Sequence record: PV730299.1
Direction: 5' to 3' (one strand)
Length of the DNA stretch: 64,000 bases
DNA from: a phage
The position numbers and the translations under genes are program-made. Positions 54,527-63,434 of this stretch are shown here, one piece after another. Positions within the stretch are counted from its first letter, which is position 1. Each line of letters opens with the position of its first letter. The notes below the pieces were generated by a model. That model worked only from the letters and a program-made list of their open reading frames with translations. It was not told where the DNA came from and searched no databases.

Positions 54527-54531
54527 TTGGA

Positions 54532-56733
54532 TTAGATTTTGATTTCTTTCTCTGTCAGTTCGGCAGTGACCTTGTACTTCACGCCATCCACTTCAACTTC
54601 CATGGTGGACTCTTCCAAGTCGAGGTCGGTGAACCAGCCATGGCCAGCAACGATACCATAAACCACTTTAGACAGCGTCTTGTTCAGGGCACGGACTTCG
54701 GTGATGGCCGCCTTGGCAGCAGCGTCGATCCAGTTTTCGATCAGATGTTTCTGTAAGGCTTCAGGCACGGCAGTGATCATAGGAGACTTCACGAATGCTT
54801 CGTACTCCTTCAGCGCATTGGCGATGAACAAGTCACCAGCATTGAGTTTCTTGTTCTCGGCAATCTTCTTCTGTACCGCTGCGATAGACGGTAGAGAAGA
54901 AGCGCCAGCGATCTTCACGTTCAGCTCACGGCTCATGTAGAAGTCGGTAGACTCTTTGGTCTCAGTCTTCGGTGAGAATCCGTAATCGCGGATGCCGTAG
55001 GAGGACAGGAACTCGGCCGCCTCAGCGCCGTACTGTACTGCCAGGCCTTTGGCGTTACCCTTACCAACCAGGGCGTCTCGATAGAACTTCAGCACCTTCT
55101 GCTTGCCTTTCAGGGCTTCCAGACGGACATTATCCGCAAAGAACTGAGCAGCACTGATGTTCTTGACCATGGCGCGGTTGACCAGTGGTACACTTTCCAG
55201 GTTCAGGACAAACACTTCTGGACCACCAAACACGTGGACACCCATTTCGATCAGCTTATGCACGACTTCGATATCAGCCTTGAACGGCAGAGTCTTCACG
55301 TTAATGATACCGTCTTTGACGATCGTGTAGTTGCGCCACTGGAAAGTATCCAGTTCTTCAGGCAGGCCGAACTTCTTCTGTGCGAATTCAGGCACAGCCA
55401 CAGTACCGTGTTGAATTGTACGCACACTGATGTTCGGGCGCTCGGAGTTATAGACCAAATCGCTGATTGGCACAACACCCAGGTCGTTGGTAGGTTCGAA
55501 CGTCGGGTTCCACTCTTCGTGCTCTGCCAGCTTGAGAGCCAGGGCTTTACGCTCTTCTTTGGACTGAGCATTCGCGATCTGTTCTGCCAGCTTGTCTTCG
55601 GTGTCGTCGGTTTTCTGCACAGTACCGCGCCCGATACTCTTATAGGAGAACATCGGATGCTTGGTAGCAACAGGCACACCAGCTTCAGCCAGGTACGTCA
55701 GCACATCAACAACGGTGGTCGCGTCTTCGGCCGGAACCAGGTCATAGTCAATACCGTCAACGCCGCGCAGCTGGTCGTCAACAATCGCCTGAACCAGATC
55801 GTTCTTGATGTTGGAGTAGTCCTGCTTGGTGAAGCAGTTGCTGTACTGTTTGATGAAGCGAACGTCACCCGTTTTCTTCAGTGCAGCCCACACCAGGTCC
55901 GCGTCCATGATGTGTACGCCGTAGAACGCCAGCACGTATGCCGCCTGGATATCCGTCAGACTATCCATCTGGTCGATCATGTTAGGGTTTACAACCCACA
56001 GCTTGGTGACGCTCTCAGGGATGCTCACATAGCCGACCGGGTGAGAGTCATCGTCCTGCACCGCCAGTACTGTTGCCACACCGTTTTCGACGTAGATGGC
56101 ATGGGTGTAGATGACTGGGACATCAACTTTCACCTTCGGCACTGATGACTTCAGCACGTTTTCCAGTTCGGTCTGGTATTCGGTCTGACCTTCGGCAAAC
56201 ACATGAGTCGCGCCAGAGCGCTCGGACATCAGAGCCAGCAGTTCGCGGTTACAGTGCCAGCCGTATTCGATGAAAGTAATGTTATCGAACACAGAAGGCA
56301 AGGTTTCGGCGACGGCCAGGATTTCGTTTGAGCGCCAGCAGTTGTCATAACCATCGGTCATGAATGCCAGGTTGTTGACGTAACCAGGTTTCTTCAGGTC
56401 ACGCGCAGTATCCATCGCCAGTTTCAACGGCTCAACGAAGCCAGTACATCCGGACGGTTGCAGGAAGCGATCGATCAGTTTGTTCAGCTCGCTCAGGTCA
56501 GACGCAGCACTAACCTGGCGGCCAGCGAACACAGTACCAAAGTCGCCTTTGGAGGAGAAATACAGAACGCTCACAGTGTCTTCCGGTTTCACCAGGGAAG
56601 GCAGGTTCTCCTTCAGATGCTTACGGACTTCAGGGAGCGCACGGTACATAGAGCCGGAAATGTCTACAACGATTACATGGTTGGACGGGGCAGCAGTCGC
56701 AACCGCATTCTTAAATTCTAATGATTCAATCAT
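54532..56733 (-). CDS. von Willebrand factor A (vWA) domain protein
   Basis: Start set at MIESLEF; MIDAS-like VIVVDISGSM near N-terminus followed by vWA-like fold; about 500-aa C-terminal region without recognised motifs. Confidence 0.6.
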   Translation of the reverse strand: MIESLEFKNAVATAAPSNHVIVVDISGSMYRALPEVRKHLKENLPSLVKPEDTVSVLYFSSKGDFGTVFAGRQVSAASDLSELNKLIDRFLQPSGCTGFVEPLKLAMDTARDLKKPGYVNNLAFMTDGYDNCWRSNEILAVAETLPSVFDNITFIEYGWHCNRELLALMSERSGATHVFAEGQTEYQTELENVLKSSVPKVKVDVPVIYTHAIYVENGVATVLAVQDDDSHPVGYVSIPESVTKLWVVNPNMIDQMDSLTDIQAAYVLAFYGVHIMDADLVWAALKKTGDVRFIKQYSNCFTKQDYSNIKNDLVQAIVDDQLRGVDGIDYDLVPAEDATTVVDVLTYLAEAGVPVATKHPMFSYKSIGRGTVQKTDDTEDKLAEQIANAQSKEERKALALKLAEHEEWNPTFEPTNDLGVVPISDLVYNSERPNISVRTIQHGTVAVPEFAQKKFGLPEELDTFQWRNYTIVKDGIINVKTLPFKADIEVVHKLIEMGVHVFGGPEVFVLNLESVPLVNRAMVKNISAAQFFADNVRLEALKGKQKVLKFYRDALVGKGNAKGLAVQYGAEAAEFLSSYGIRDYGFSPKTETKESTDFYMSRELNVKIAGASSLPSIAAVQKKIAENKKLNAGDLFIANALKEYEAFVKSPMITAVPEALQKHLIENWIDAAAKAAITEVRALNKTLSKVVYGIVAGHGWFTDLDLEESTMEVEVDGVKYKVTAELTEKEIKI

Positions 56734-56941
56734 TGTTCTCTTCGCCTTGTGCGTAAGGGTTAAGTTCAGACTCATCAGCGGCTTCGATGCGCGTCTTTAC
56801 AGAGTCCAGCATATTGTTGATAAATTCACGAGACTGCTCCAGCTGAGCCAAGAGCACATCCTTTGGAGCATAGTTCTGAATGCAAGCCGGAATACTTTCA
56901 GACGTCGCCTTCAGGTCGGTAAAACATTCTTTCAGTATCAT
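56726..56941 (-). CDS. hypothetical acidic protein
   Basis: 71-aa ORF overlapping vWA gene start by 8 nt. Confidence 0.35.
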   Translation of the reverse strand: MILKECFTDLKATSESIPACIQNYAPKDVLLAQLEQSREFINNMLDSVKTRIEAADESELNPYAQGEENND

Positions 56942-57009
56942 TTGATCTCACTTAACAGAGACGAAGCCCTGTTGGGATTTAATAGCGGTCTTCACAGACA
57001 TCAGGTTTC

Positions 57010-57036
57010 CCTCAAAACAGGGGAGTCTCCTCCCCT
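57010..57036 (-). terminator. rho-independent terminator downstream of NAMPT-family gene
   Basis: GGGGAG-tctc-CTCCCC followed on minus strand by TGTTTTGAG. Confidence 0.55.
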
Positions 57037-57043
57037 TCGGTTA

Positions 57044-58708
57044 TCAGATTTGTGAGGCCAGTTCTGTCACCAGAGGAGCGGCACGAACACGCGCATCTTC
57101 CAGTGTTTGAGTATTGAAGAACTCGCCATCACGATACACCAGCTGGTGCTGGTTGTCGGCGTCTTGCACCTGATCAAAGGTGATACCGTCAACCAACACT
57201 AGTTTACCCTGAGAGTCTTTAATGACTTTAAGGAAACCACGCGCAGACTTTTTAGTCCCGCCTTTATCGGTCTTCGGCTCTTTGAAGATCTCACGGAATT
57301 CGCCGTTCACTTTACCAGCCGTGGCTTTCACCGCCGTGCCAGTACTGTCACGGGTGTTCATCTGGTAGGTGTAGGAACCGATACCGAACACCACGTTGAT
57401 GGAAGCGAAGTTCCGGTCAGCCAGACGGCTAAAGATCTGGTCTTCACGCGACAGGGTGATAGAATCACCGTAGATCAGGCCGATGTGCTCATCCAACAGG
57501 AAGTGCCCAGTTTCAGTCTGGGTGCCACCAAAGATCTCCCACAGGCGCTGGATAGAGCCGACCGCTTCTGAACGGCTGATGATATTACGGTCATCTGCCA
57601 TCAGAGAGTTGATCGTGCCTTCGCCTGTAATCAGGTGGTAGGTGTTCGTCTCTTCGATGTGAATAACTTCTGTGTCGCTAGACACACCGCTAATGTTCAG
57701 CGTGGCACGGTCTTTGAACCCCTCGATGCGGTAGCCGCCAACAATGTGTACAGGGTCGCCCGAGTCGGGGCGGATCACGACTTTACCATTGCGCGCCATG
57801 ATAATGTCTTTCAGGCGAGGGAGATAGTCGTCGATGACCTGCCAGTAATCCCATGCATCAGACACGATGCTGACGGTGCCATCAGGATACACGTCCTGCA
57901 CCAGGCGGCGGAAGGTTTCGAATTCGCCATCCTTCGTGCCCATACACATCACGGCGTGTTCGGTAGCCGCAACAGAACCAGCAACGACATAATCTTCGTC
58001 GATGTCTGCGCCATAATACTCTTCTACGAAGTCTAGGGCAGGGTTGGTATCGGTGCCTTTGAAGAACACCAGATGACCGGAACCGGAAGACGCCGCGTCA
58101 TGCCACCCGCTCATACCACGGAAGGAGAAGTCGTGGCCTTGGTAGTCGATGAACCAATGGTCCGGCGACACGCCTGTAGCGAGGGCAGCTTTCACCATCA
58201 GTGCCTTGTAATGCAGAGCTATGGTGGCGTTCGTCATCGGCTTCCATATCTCAGAGCTGAACACGGTCTCCAGATAGTTGGTCAGCCAGTAGAACTCCGG
58301 CAGGGTATTGAACATCACATACACCGGAACGCCATACGGGCACATGGTGCCTTCAGGCAGCGCACGGACTTCGATAGGAAGGTAGCCGAGGTCATGCAGG
58401 GCTTCAATATGCTCTGTGCCGACGCGGCCTGGACCCAGGACTTTGTTCATGCGACGGGCATACTTCTTCAGCACCTTGGCCTTCGGGCACTGGAAGAATG
58501 CTTCGTCAAACAGTTCGTGGAACCAGGTCATGAAGCCCTGGATGCCCCAGACCACCACTCCGTTCTTCGGCAGGTGAGAGTTGAACAGTTTGTTAGAGCG
58601 CGGAGTTCCGTTGGAGAACACCAGCTCACTGCCTTCAGGGAACTGATAGATGTGCCCCGATTTGTAGAAGTCGATTGCATGGATTGGGTCTAAGTGGCGC
58701 ATGCTCAT
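57044..58708 (-). CDS. nicotinamide phosphoribosyltransferase-family protein (NadV/Namat-like)
   Basis: 554 aa; NAMPT-family pattern along full length; ATGA overlap with Prs-family gene; terminator downstream. Confidence 0.8.
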   Translation of the reverse strand: MSMRHLDPIHAIDFYKSGHIYQFPEGSELVFSNGTPRSNKLFNSHLPKNGVVVWGIQGFMTWFHELFDEAFFQCPKAKVLKKYARRMNKVLGPGRVGTEHIEALHDLGYLPIEVRALPEGTMCPYGVPVYVMFNTLPEFYWLTNYLETVFSSEIWKPMTNATIALHYKALMVKAALATGVSPDHWFIDYQGHDFSFRGMSGWHDAASSGSGHLVFFKGTDTNPALDFVEEYYGADIDEDYVVAGSVAATEHAVMCMGTKDGEFETFRRLVQDVYPDGTVSIVSDAWDYWQVIDDYLPRLKDIIMARNGKVVIRPDSGDPVHIVGGYRIEGFKDRATLNISGVSSDTEVIHIEETNTYHLITGEGTINSLMADDRNIISRSEAVGSIQRLWEIFGGTQTETGHFLLDEHIGLIYGDSITLSREDQIFSRLADRNFASINVVFGIGSYTYQMNTRDSTGTAVKATAGKVNGEFREIFKEPKTDKGGTKKSARGFLKVIKDSQGKLVLVDGITFDQVQDADNQHQLVYRDGEFFNTQTLEDARVRAAPLVTELASQI

Positions 58709-59559
58709 TTTACACGTCCTGTATTTTCAGTTTTGAAAGGAAGCCCGTCGGCGGTGATGTTCTCCCACCAGACAGTGTCGGCATACACAGCATCATAGAT
58801 CCCGTCGAAAACAGAGAGACCTTTGCTGAAGATGCCATGGGTAACGAAGAGTGTCATGTGCTTAGGCTTGTGCTTCTGAAGCTCTTTGCCTAACTCAACG
58901 AAAGTGCGCCCGCCGTCGCAGATATCATCAACCACAACCAGATAGCGGTCTTTGATCAGTTCAGGGTTCGTAATACTCACCCCAATGATCTCACCAGTCT
59001 TGGTGTCACGGTTCTTGTGACCGTAGACAATAGGAACACCGTCCAACGACAGGCTGAGGGCTTCGGTCTTCTTAGCCGCGCCGCCGTCAGGGGCCACCAA
59101 CACAGCGTTGTTCCCACGGATGAACCAACCCAGATACTGACGCACGATGTAATCTTGCGGGACAACATGGACGTTGTTGATCAGAGAAGACACAACATGG
59201 CTGTGAGGATCTTTGATCGCCACGCGGTCAAAGTTCATGCTATTGATGAACTCAGCCGCCCACTTCACAGACAGAGGCTCACCGAAGTCACAATGGCGGT
59301 CCTGGCGAGCATACGGGAAATAAGGGATATACGCATGGAATGTCGTCAGACGGTCCACGTTACCCAGACCACGAACGGCGTTTACCAGAAGCGCCAGCTC
59401 AATGAAGTCAGCCGATGATTTGATGTGAGCATCAATCACCACGTTCTGAACGTGGCCGATAGGGATACCAGACTTTTGAATCTTGATATGTTCCTCACCA
59501 CCTGGGAAGGTGAAGTGTTTGTAGAACACATCTTGGTCGTTCAATTTCAAACGAAACAT
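58705..59559 (-). CDS. ribose-phosphate pyrophosphokinase-family protein (Prs/Adps-like)
   Basis: 284 aa; phosphoribosyl-binding block VVVDDICDGGRTF and N-terminal Prs-like domain; GAGG RBS. Confidence 0.8.
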   Translation of the reverse strand: MFRLKLNDQDVFYKHFTFPGGEEHIKIQKSGIPIGHVQNVVIDAHIKSSADFIELALLVNAVRGLGNVDRLTTFHAYIPYFPYARQDRHCDFGEPLSVKWAAEFINSMNFDRVAIKDPHSHVVSSLINNVHVVPQDYIVRQYLGWFIRGNNAVLVAPDGGAAKKTEALSLSLDGVPIVYGHKNRDTKTGEIIGVSITNPELIKDRYLVVVDDICDGGRTFVELGKELQKHKPKHMTLFVTHGIFSKGLSVFDGIYDAVYADTVWWENITADGLPFKTENTGRVK

Positions 59560-59615
59560 AATGCAGCCTCATGGTGTATTGTACAGCCGTATTATACTGT
59601 GATGCACAAATTGAA

Positions 59616-59639
59616 ACGTCCAGCATTTACGCTGGACGT
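59616..59639 (-). terminator. hairpin terminator candidate
   Basis: 9-bp stem ACGTCCAGC/GCTGGACGT downstream of gene 59668..59901 and upstream of Prs/NAMPT pair. Confidence 0.45.
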
Positions 59640-59667
59640 TATTGATATTGAAAAGGTTTTGACAAAC

Positions 59668-59901
59668 TCAGGATTTGGAGGAAGCGCCCTTCCATGTCTG
59701 ACGTTTGTAGTGGGAAGCCATGGCCATCGACCCGGCGTATTGTGTTTCACCCCTGACTACCACAGCCACAACCAGCTTATGTCGCAACAGGAAGTCCAGA
59801 CCTGACTTAGACGGGATATCGCCAATGCTCAGTGGACCACGATTGTACAGGGCATACATGGTGTCAAGCGCCGCCCCGGTAAAGATAATCTCTTTAGACA
59901 T
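59668..59901 (-). CDS. hypothetical protein
   Basis: Start moved to MSKEII; terminator downstream. Confidence 0.35.
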   Translation of the reverse strand: MSKEIIFTGAALDTMYALYNRGPLSIGDIPSKSGLDFLLRHKLVVAVVVRGETQYAGSMAMASHYKRQTWKGASSKS

Positions 59902-59908
59902 GGCGGTC

Positions 59909-60214
59909 TCACTTAAACGAGTCAACGATGGATGTAAGAATTTCGGGGGTGGGTTTGGCGTCTTGTGGTTCACGGAAACCCACCTTTGCGATGCGACCCA
60001 AGACATTGTACACTTCGCGCGGAAGGGTGTCTACGACCGTGTCCGACATGAACGCCACGTCTTCTTGGATGGCGTTGTATTCGGCCAGTTTAGCCAGTTC
60101 TGATTCTACCAGGGACTTCAGCTTTTGCAATGGGTCGTTGCAATAGTTGAGACGGTTGCAGTTGGTGAGCGCCTGGGTTAGATTCTCAAACGCTTCTTGT
60201 ATTTCCTTTGACAT
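59909..60214 (-). CDS. hypothetical protein
   Basis: ORF-track start is TTG; internal ATG (MSKEIQ) used. Confidence 0.35.
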   Translation of the reverse strand: MSKEIQEAFENLTQALTNCNRLNYCNDPLQKLKSLVESELAKLAEYNAIQEDVAFMSDTVVDTLPREVYNVLGRIAKVGFREPQDAKPTPEILTSIVDSFK

Positions 60215-60301
60215 TGATATGTGCCTCGTATTGTTGACAGACAACAACTACTTTACGGCACATGTCGATATCGAACAAGCCAATATGACACTCACGCTTC
60301 T

Positions 60302-60595
60302 TTATCCCCAGCTTATGCGCCAGCCAACTGTAAGCGTCGCTCCTGCTCCTCTCTCCGTTTTCCATAATGGGTCAAACGATCTATGGGCTTTTTGCTTCTC
60401 GGCACGGAGAGCGGCATTCGCCATCCTTCCCAGAGGCTGTCTGCCGTCGCCATGGGCATGGCAACCGACACGGGCATCACACGGGGTGCATATCCAGAAC
60501 TTCAGATTGCGGAGGTCAGGGCGATGAGGGTAGAGAACATCACCACCGACGAATTCGGCTGGGAGGCCACAGTAATCACATATAACATGTTTCAT
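60302..60595 (-). CDS. DUF3268-like zinc-ribbon protein
   Basis: Start at MKHVICDYCG; CxxC...CxxC with PLG and FDPLWK blocks typical of this phage zinc-ribbon family. Confidence 0.55.
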   Translation of the reverse strand: MKHVICDYCGLPAEFVGGDVLYPHRPDLRNLKFWICTPCDARVGCHAHGDGRQPLGRMANAALRAEKQKAHRSFDPLWKTERGAGATLTVGWRISWG

Positions 60596-60655
60596 ATTCT
60601 TTGTCCAAAAGAAACCCCGCACATGGCGGGGTTGCTCAGGCTGAGGTCAGACAGA

Positions 60656-61027
60656 TTATTTCAGGAGTGCTTCCAGTTCTTCAACAGATTTGCTTTCCAG
60701 CTCTTGCTGTTTCTTACGCTGGATCAGCTCCAGGATAATCTGGTTGTTCGCCTTACGCTCTGCCGCTTCTCTGCTGTCGTCACGTTCTTTCAGCTTAACG
60801 CCGATGATGTGCTTGACAACGTCGAAGCGCAGCTGCAGTTCGGAGTCAACGTTGCTTTTGGTGCCAATGAAATCTTCTTCATCGGTTTCTGCTGCTTTCA
60901 CCTGACGGCTCAGACCTTTCGCCATTTCGTTCAGGGCAGTCAGGCTCAGGTCCCAGACCTGCTCAACAGACAGCAGACCTTTGTTAGACTCGAAGCGCAG
61001 TTTCATACGGGTTGCTTTATCAAACAT
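60656..61027 (-). CDS. hypothetical protein
   Basis: 123-aa charged, helical-looking ORF. Confidence 0.4.
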   Translation of the reverse strand: MFDKATRMKLRFESNKGLLSVEQVWDLSLTALNEMAKGLSRQVKAAETDEEDFIGTKSNVDSELQLRFDVVKHIIGVKLKERDDSREAAERKANNQIILELIQRKKQQELESKSVEELEALLK

Positions 61028-61071
61028 TTTACTATCCTCAATGATGAATGGGTTACAATTTCAAATCAGGT

Positions 61072-63090
61072 TTAGAACACAACTTTCACAGTGCGGTTGA
61101 ACGAACCGCTCACCTTCACGAACACGTGGTTACGTTGGGTGGTAGAGAAGCCCAGACCGGACAGCTGCTCAGTGCTTGGCTGTACTTTAATCTTACCACC
61201 TAACATTTCAAAAACCTTGCGGTGTTTATCAAGTTCCGGCTTCAGATATTCGTTATAGAAACCACGGGTGCCGACAGGGTTAGCACAACCTTCCAGGATG
61301 AAGAACACGTGCTTGTTGCCCGTCTGCTCGCCGTCCCAATGGTTTGGTGAGTTCAGAACCAGCTGTACCTTCTGGAAGACGGAGGTCTTGATGCCCCAGA
61401 TTTCCTGAGAGCGAGCGTCGTCTTTCAGGGTAGAACTGATGTCAACCACCTGACCAGCGCGAACCTGAACCACAACAGCCAACGTGCGATCTTTGTTACC
61501 CAAGCCAGGGTGTGAGAAGCGCTTAGTCTGACCTTTGTATTCAACTTCGATTTCGAAACCAACGTCACAGGTTTCACGCTTGTTGAAGTTGGTGACATAG
61601 AACTCATAATTCCCGTCGCGCAGCTTGCTTTCATCGCTAAAGAAGATGTTCTCCACCGGACGGCGGTTTGGATCAATGCCGTCCATACCGTTCATGTCGA
61701 TGTCCAGAGTTGCGCCAGTTGACGAACGACGGTTGCGAAAATATACGTGGTTGTGAAGAGGATCGTTCATGCTCAGATCCAGGTCGTCGTTGTTATGCCA
61801 AGCCAGTGACACACGGAGGAAACTGTCGACATTACCACCTGCGGTCTTCACGCGCTCTTTGATGGAGTCGGCCACTTCGCCATTGTACGACCAGCTGAAG
61901 CCGTTGTTCCACTTGAACAGGTTAGGAGCGCCTGCGGTGGCCGGAGCGATCAGGGACATCAGGTTGCCAATGTGAGAGTTTTCGACCAGCACTTCCAGGG
62001 AATGCGCCTTTGGCAACACGTTTGTCAGGAAGTCGTCGATCGTGATCTCTTCAACCTTGTCCAGGGACTTGGTCGGAGTCTTCACTTCAGACGCCAGCTG
62101 AGCAAACGGGTCCATCTTCTTCTGAGCTGCCAGATCGGCGAACAGAACGTTGTTGATGGTCAGATCGTCATACACGGCATAACGGCGACCCAGTGAATCA
62201 GTCAGACCCAGCGCTTCGACTTCTTTCTGCGCGTTTTCAATCATCGACTTCGTGACCAGCGCGGTTGGGCGCTTGTAGTTCGTCGGAGCGACTTTGGCTT
62301 CAAAGGACTTCACGGCGGTTTCCAGATCCCGGCCTTCATTGAGGTCTACCAGCAGAGAGCCAATCACGGTATTACGAATGCCGTGAGGGGTATGACCGTT
62401 TGCACGGTAGCCAGTGCGCCAAGCCCACAGAGCGCGTTTCTCTTCTGCAGTTTGTTCGTACATGGTCTTGTTCACCACGAACGCCTGCACTGCCGCTTTG
62501 TGCTCTTCACCGCGATACAGAGAATTCTGGTCAATCAATTCCAGAACGATTTCAGCCGATTCCAGAGACAGTTCACGCAGGCCGCGCTCAAACACTTCAA
62601 TCGCCTGGCGGATTTCACCCTTCTTAGAAGCGATGGTATCTGCCCGCAGAACATAGCTGCCCAGCAGGTCGGTGTGGAAGTGGTTGTAGGTGCGGACAAT
62701 ACCATCTTTCATTTCGTGATTCGACTCAACACCAACTTTCTTGGTGTCGTTGAAGTACACGTCGACGATTGCGTGCTGCTTAACATACGCTGACAGCGCC
62801 GCAGCGACAACGTCGTATTCGTTACCCAGCTGAATGTTATCCCAGATAGAGATCACGTTCAGGTCGGCGTCGATGGTGACCACACCGCCGATGTTACGGA
62901 TGAATTGTTTACAGCAGGTGCAGTCGTGCTCGGTACGCTCACGGTAGAGCGGGTTGGTACCAGCAGGAAAAGAAGACAGATACAGATCCCACAGAGCATC
63001 TTTATCGATGTTGGTCATGAACAGACCAGTTGCTGACATGGCTAGCACGTTGTTGTTAACAGCTACTGCGAAGGGCTTAAATTCTGACAT
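61072..63090 (-). CDS. large hypothetical protein with N-terminal Cys motif
   Basis: 672 aa; HDCTCC motif near N-terminus; AGGAAGACTACACC-ATG initiation motif; no family recognised. Confidence 0.55.
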   Translation of the reverse strand: MSEFKPFAVAVNNNVLAMSATGLFMTNIDKDALWDLYLSSFPAGTNPLYRERTEHDCTCCKQFIRNIGGVVTIDADLNVISIWDNIQLGNEYDVVAAALSAYVKQHAIVDVYFNDTKKVGVESNHEMKDGIVRTYNHFHTDLLGSYVLRADTIASKKGEIRQAIEVFERGLRELSLESAEIVLELIDQNSLYRGEEHKAAVQAFVVNKTMYEQTAEEKRALWAWRTGYRANGHTPHGIRNTVIGSLLVDLNEGRDLETAVKSFEAKVAPTNYKRPTALVTKSMIENAQKEVEALGLTDSLGRRYAVYDDLTINNVLFADLAAQKKMDPFAQLASEVKTPTKSLDKVEEITIDDFLTNVLPKAHSLEVLVENSHIGNLMSLIAPATAGAPNLFKWNNGFSWSYNGEVADSIKERVKTAGGNVDSFLRVSLAWHNNDDLDLSMNDPLHNHVYFRNRRSSTGATLDIDMNGMDGIDPNRRPVENIFFSDESKLRDGNYEFYVTNFNKRETCDVGFEIEVEYKGQTKRFSHPGLGNKDRTLAVVVQVRAGQVVDISSTLKDDARSQEIWGIKTSVFQKVQLVLNSPNHWDGEQTGNKHVFFILEGCANPVGTRGFYNEYLKPELDKHRKVFEMLGGKIKVQPSTEQLSGLGFSTTQRNHVFVKVSGSFNRTVKVVF

Positions 63091-63209
63091 GGTGTAGTCT
63101 TCCTGTTTCAGTTCAAATGTGCGCCCCGTTTGCCAGGGCGCTTCGTTTAAGTGAGGTCAATAATACGTTGAAAAGAGTTATTGAAGAACGAAGTAAAGGG
63201 AATCTTTAT

Positions 63210-63434
63210 TCAGACGATCTTACCGCCGTCACAAGGCCGAGTATCACCGGAGTTGTATGCCAACATCCCCTGCATCAACAAACGTCTTGGCCCAGAAACT
63301 GATTTCTGTTTCCTCAACGTACTACAAAACCGAGTAGTGCCTGGGTAAGGAGTGTACACGAGACGTCCTTCCATACGGGCTTTCAGAAGAAACTCATCAG
63401 TCGCTTTACGCAGTTTGAACAATTTCCAGCTCAT
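63210..63434 (-). CDS. hypothetical basic protein
   Basis: 74-aa ORF directly downstream of the NUMOD3-containing ORF. Confidence 0.3.
   Translation of the reverse strand: MSWKLFKLRKATDEFLLKARMEGRLVYTPYPGTTRFCSTLRKQKSVSGPRRLLMQGMLAYNSGDTRPCDGGKIV

Noticed and set aside
55234-56145. 303-aa plus-strand ORF inside the vWA gene
   Set aside because: Antisense shadow ORF; no RBS; low-complexity composition
60383-61075. 230-aa plus-strand ORF spanning several small minus-strand genes
   Set aside because: Crosses terminators and RBS-defined gene boundaries of the minus-strand genes; no RBS of its own
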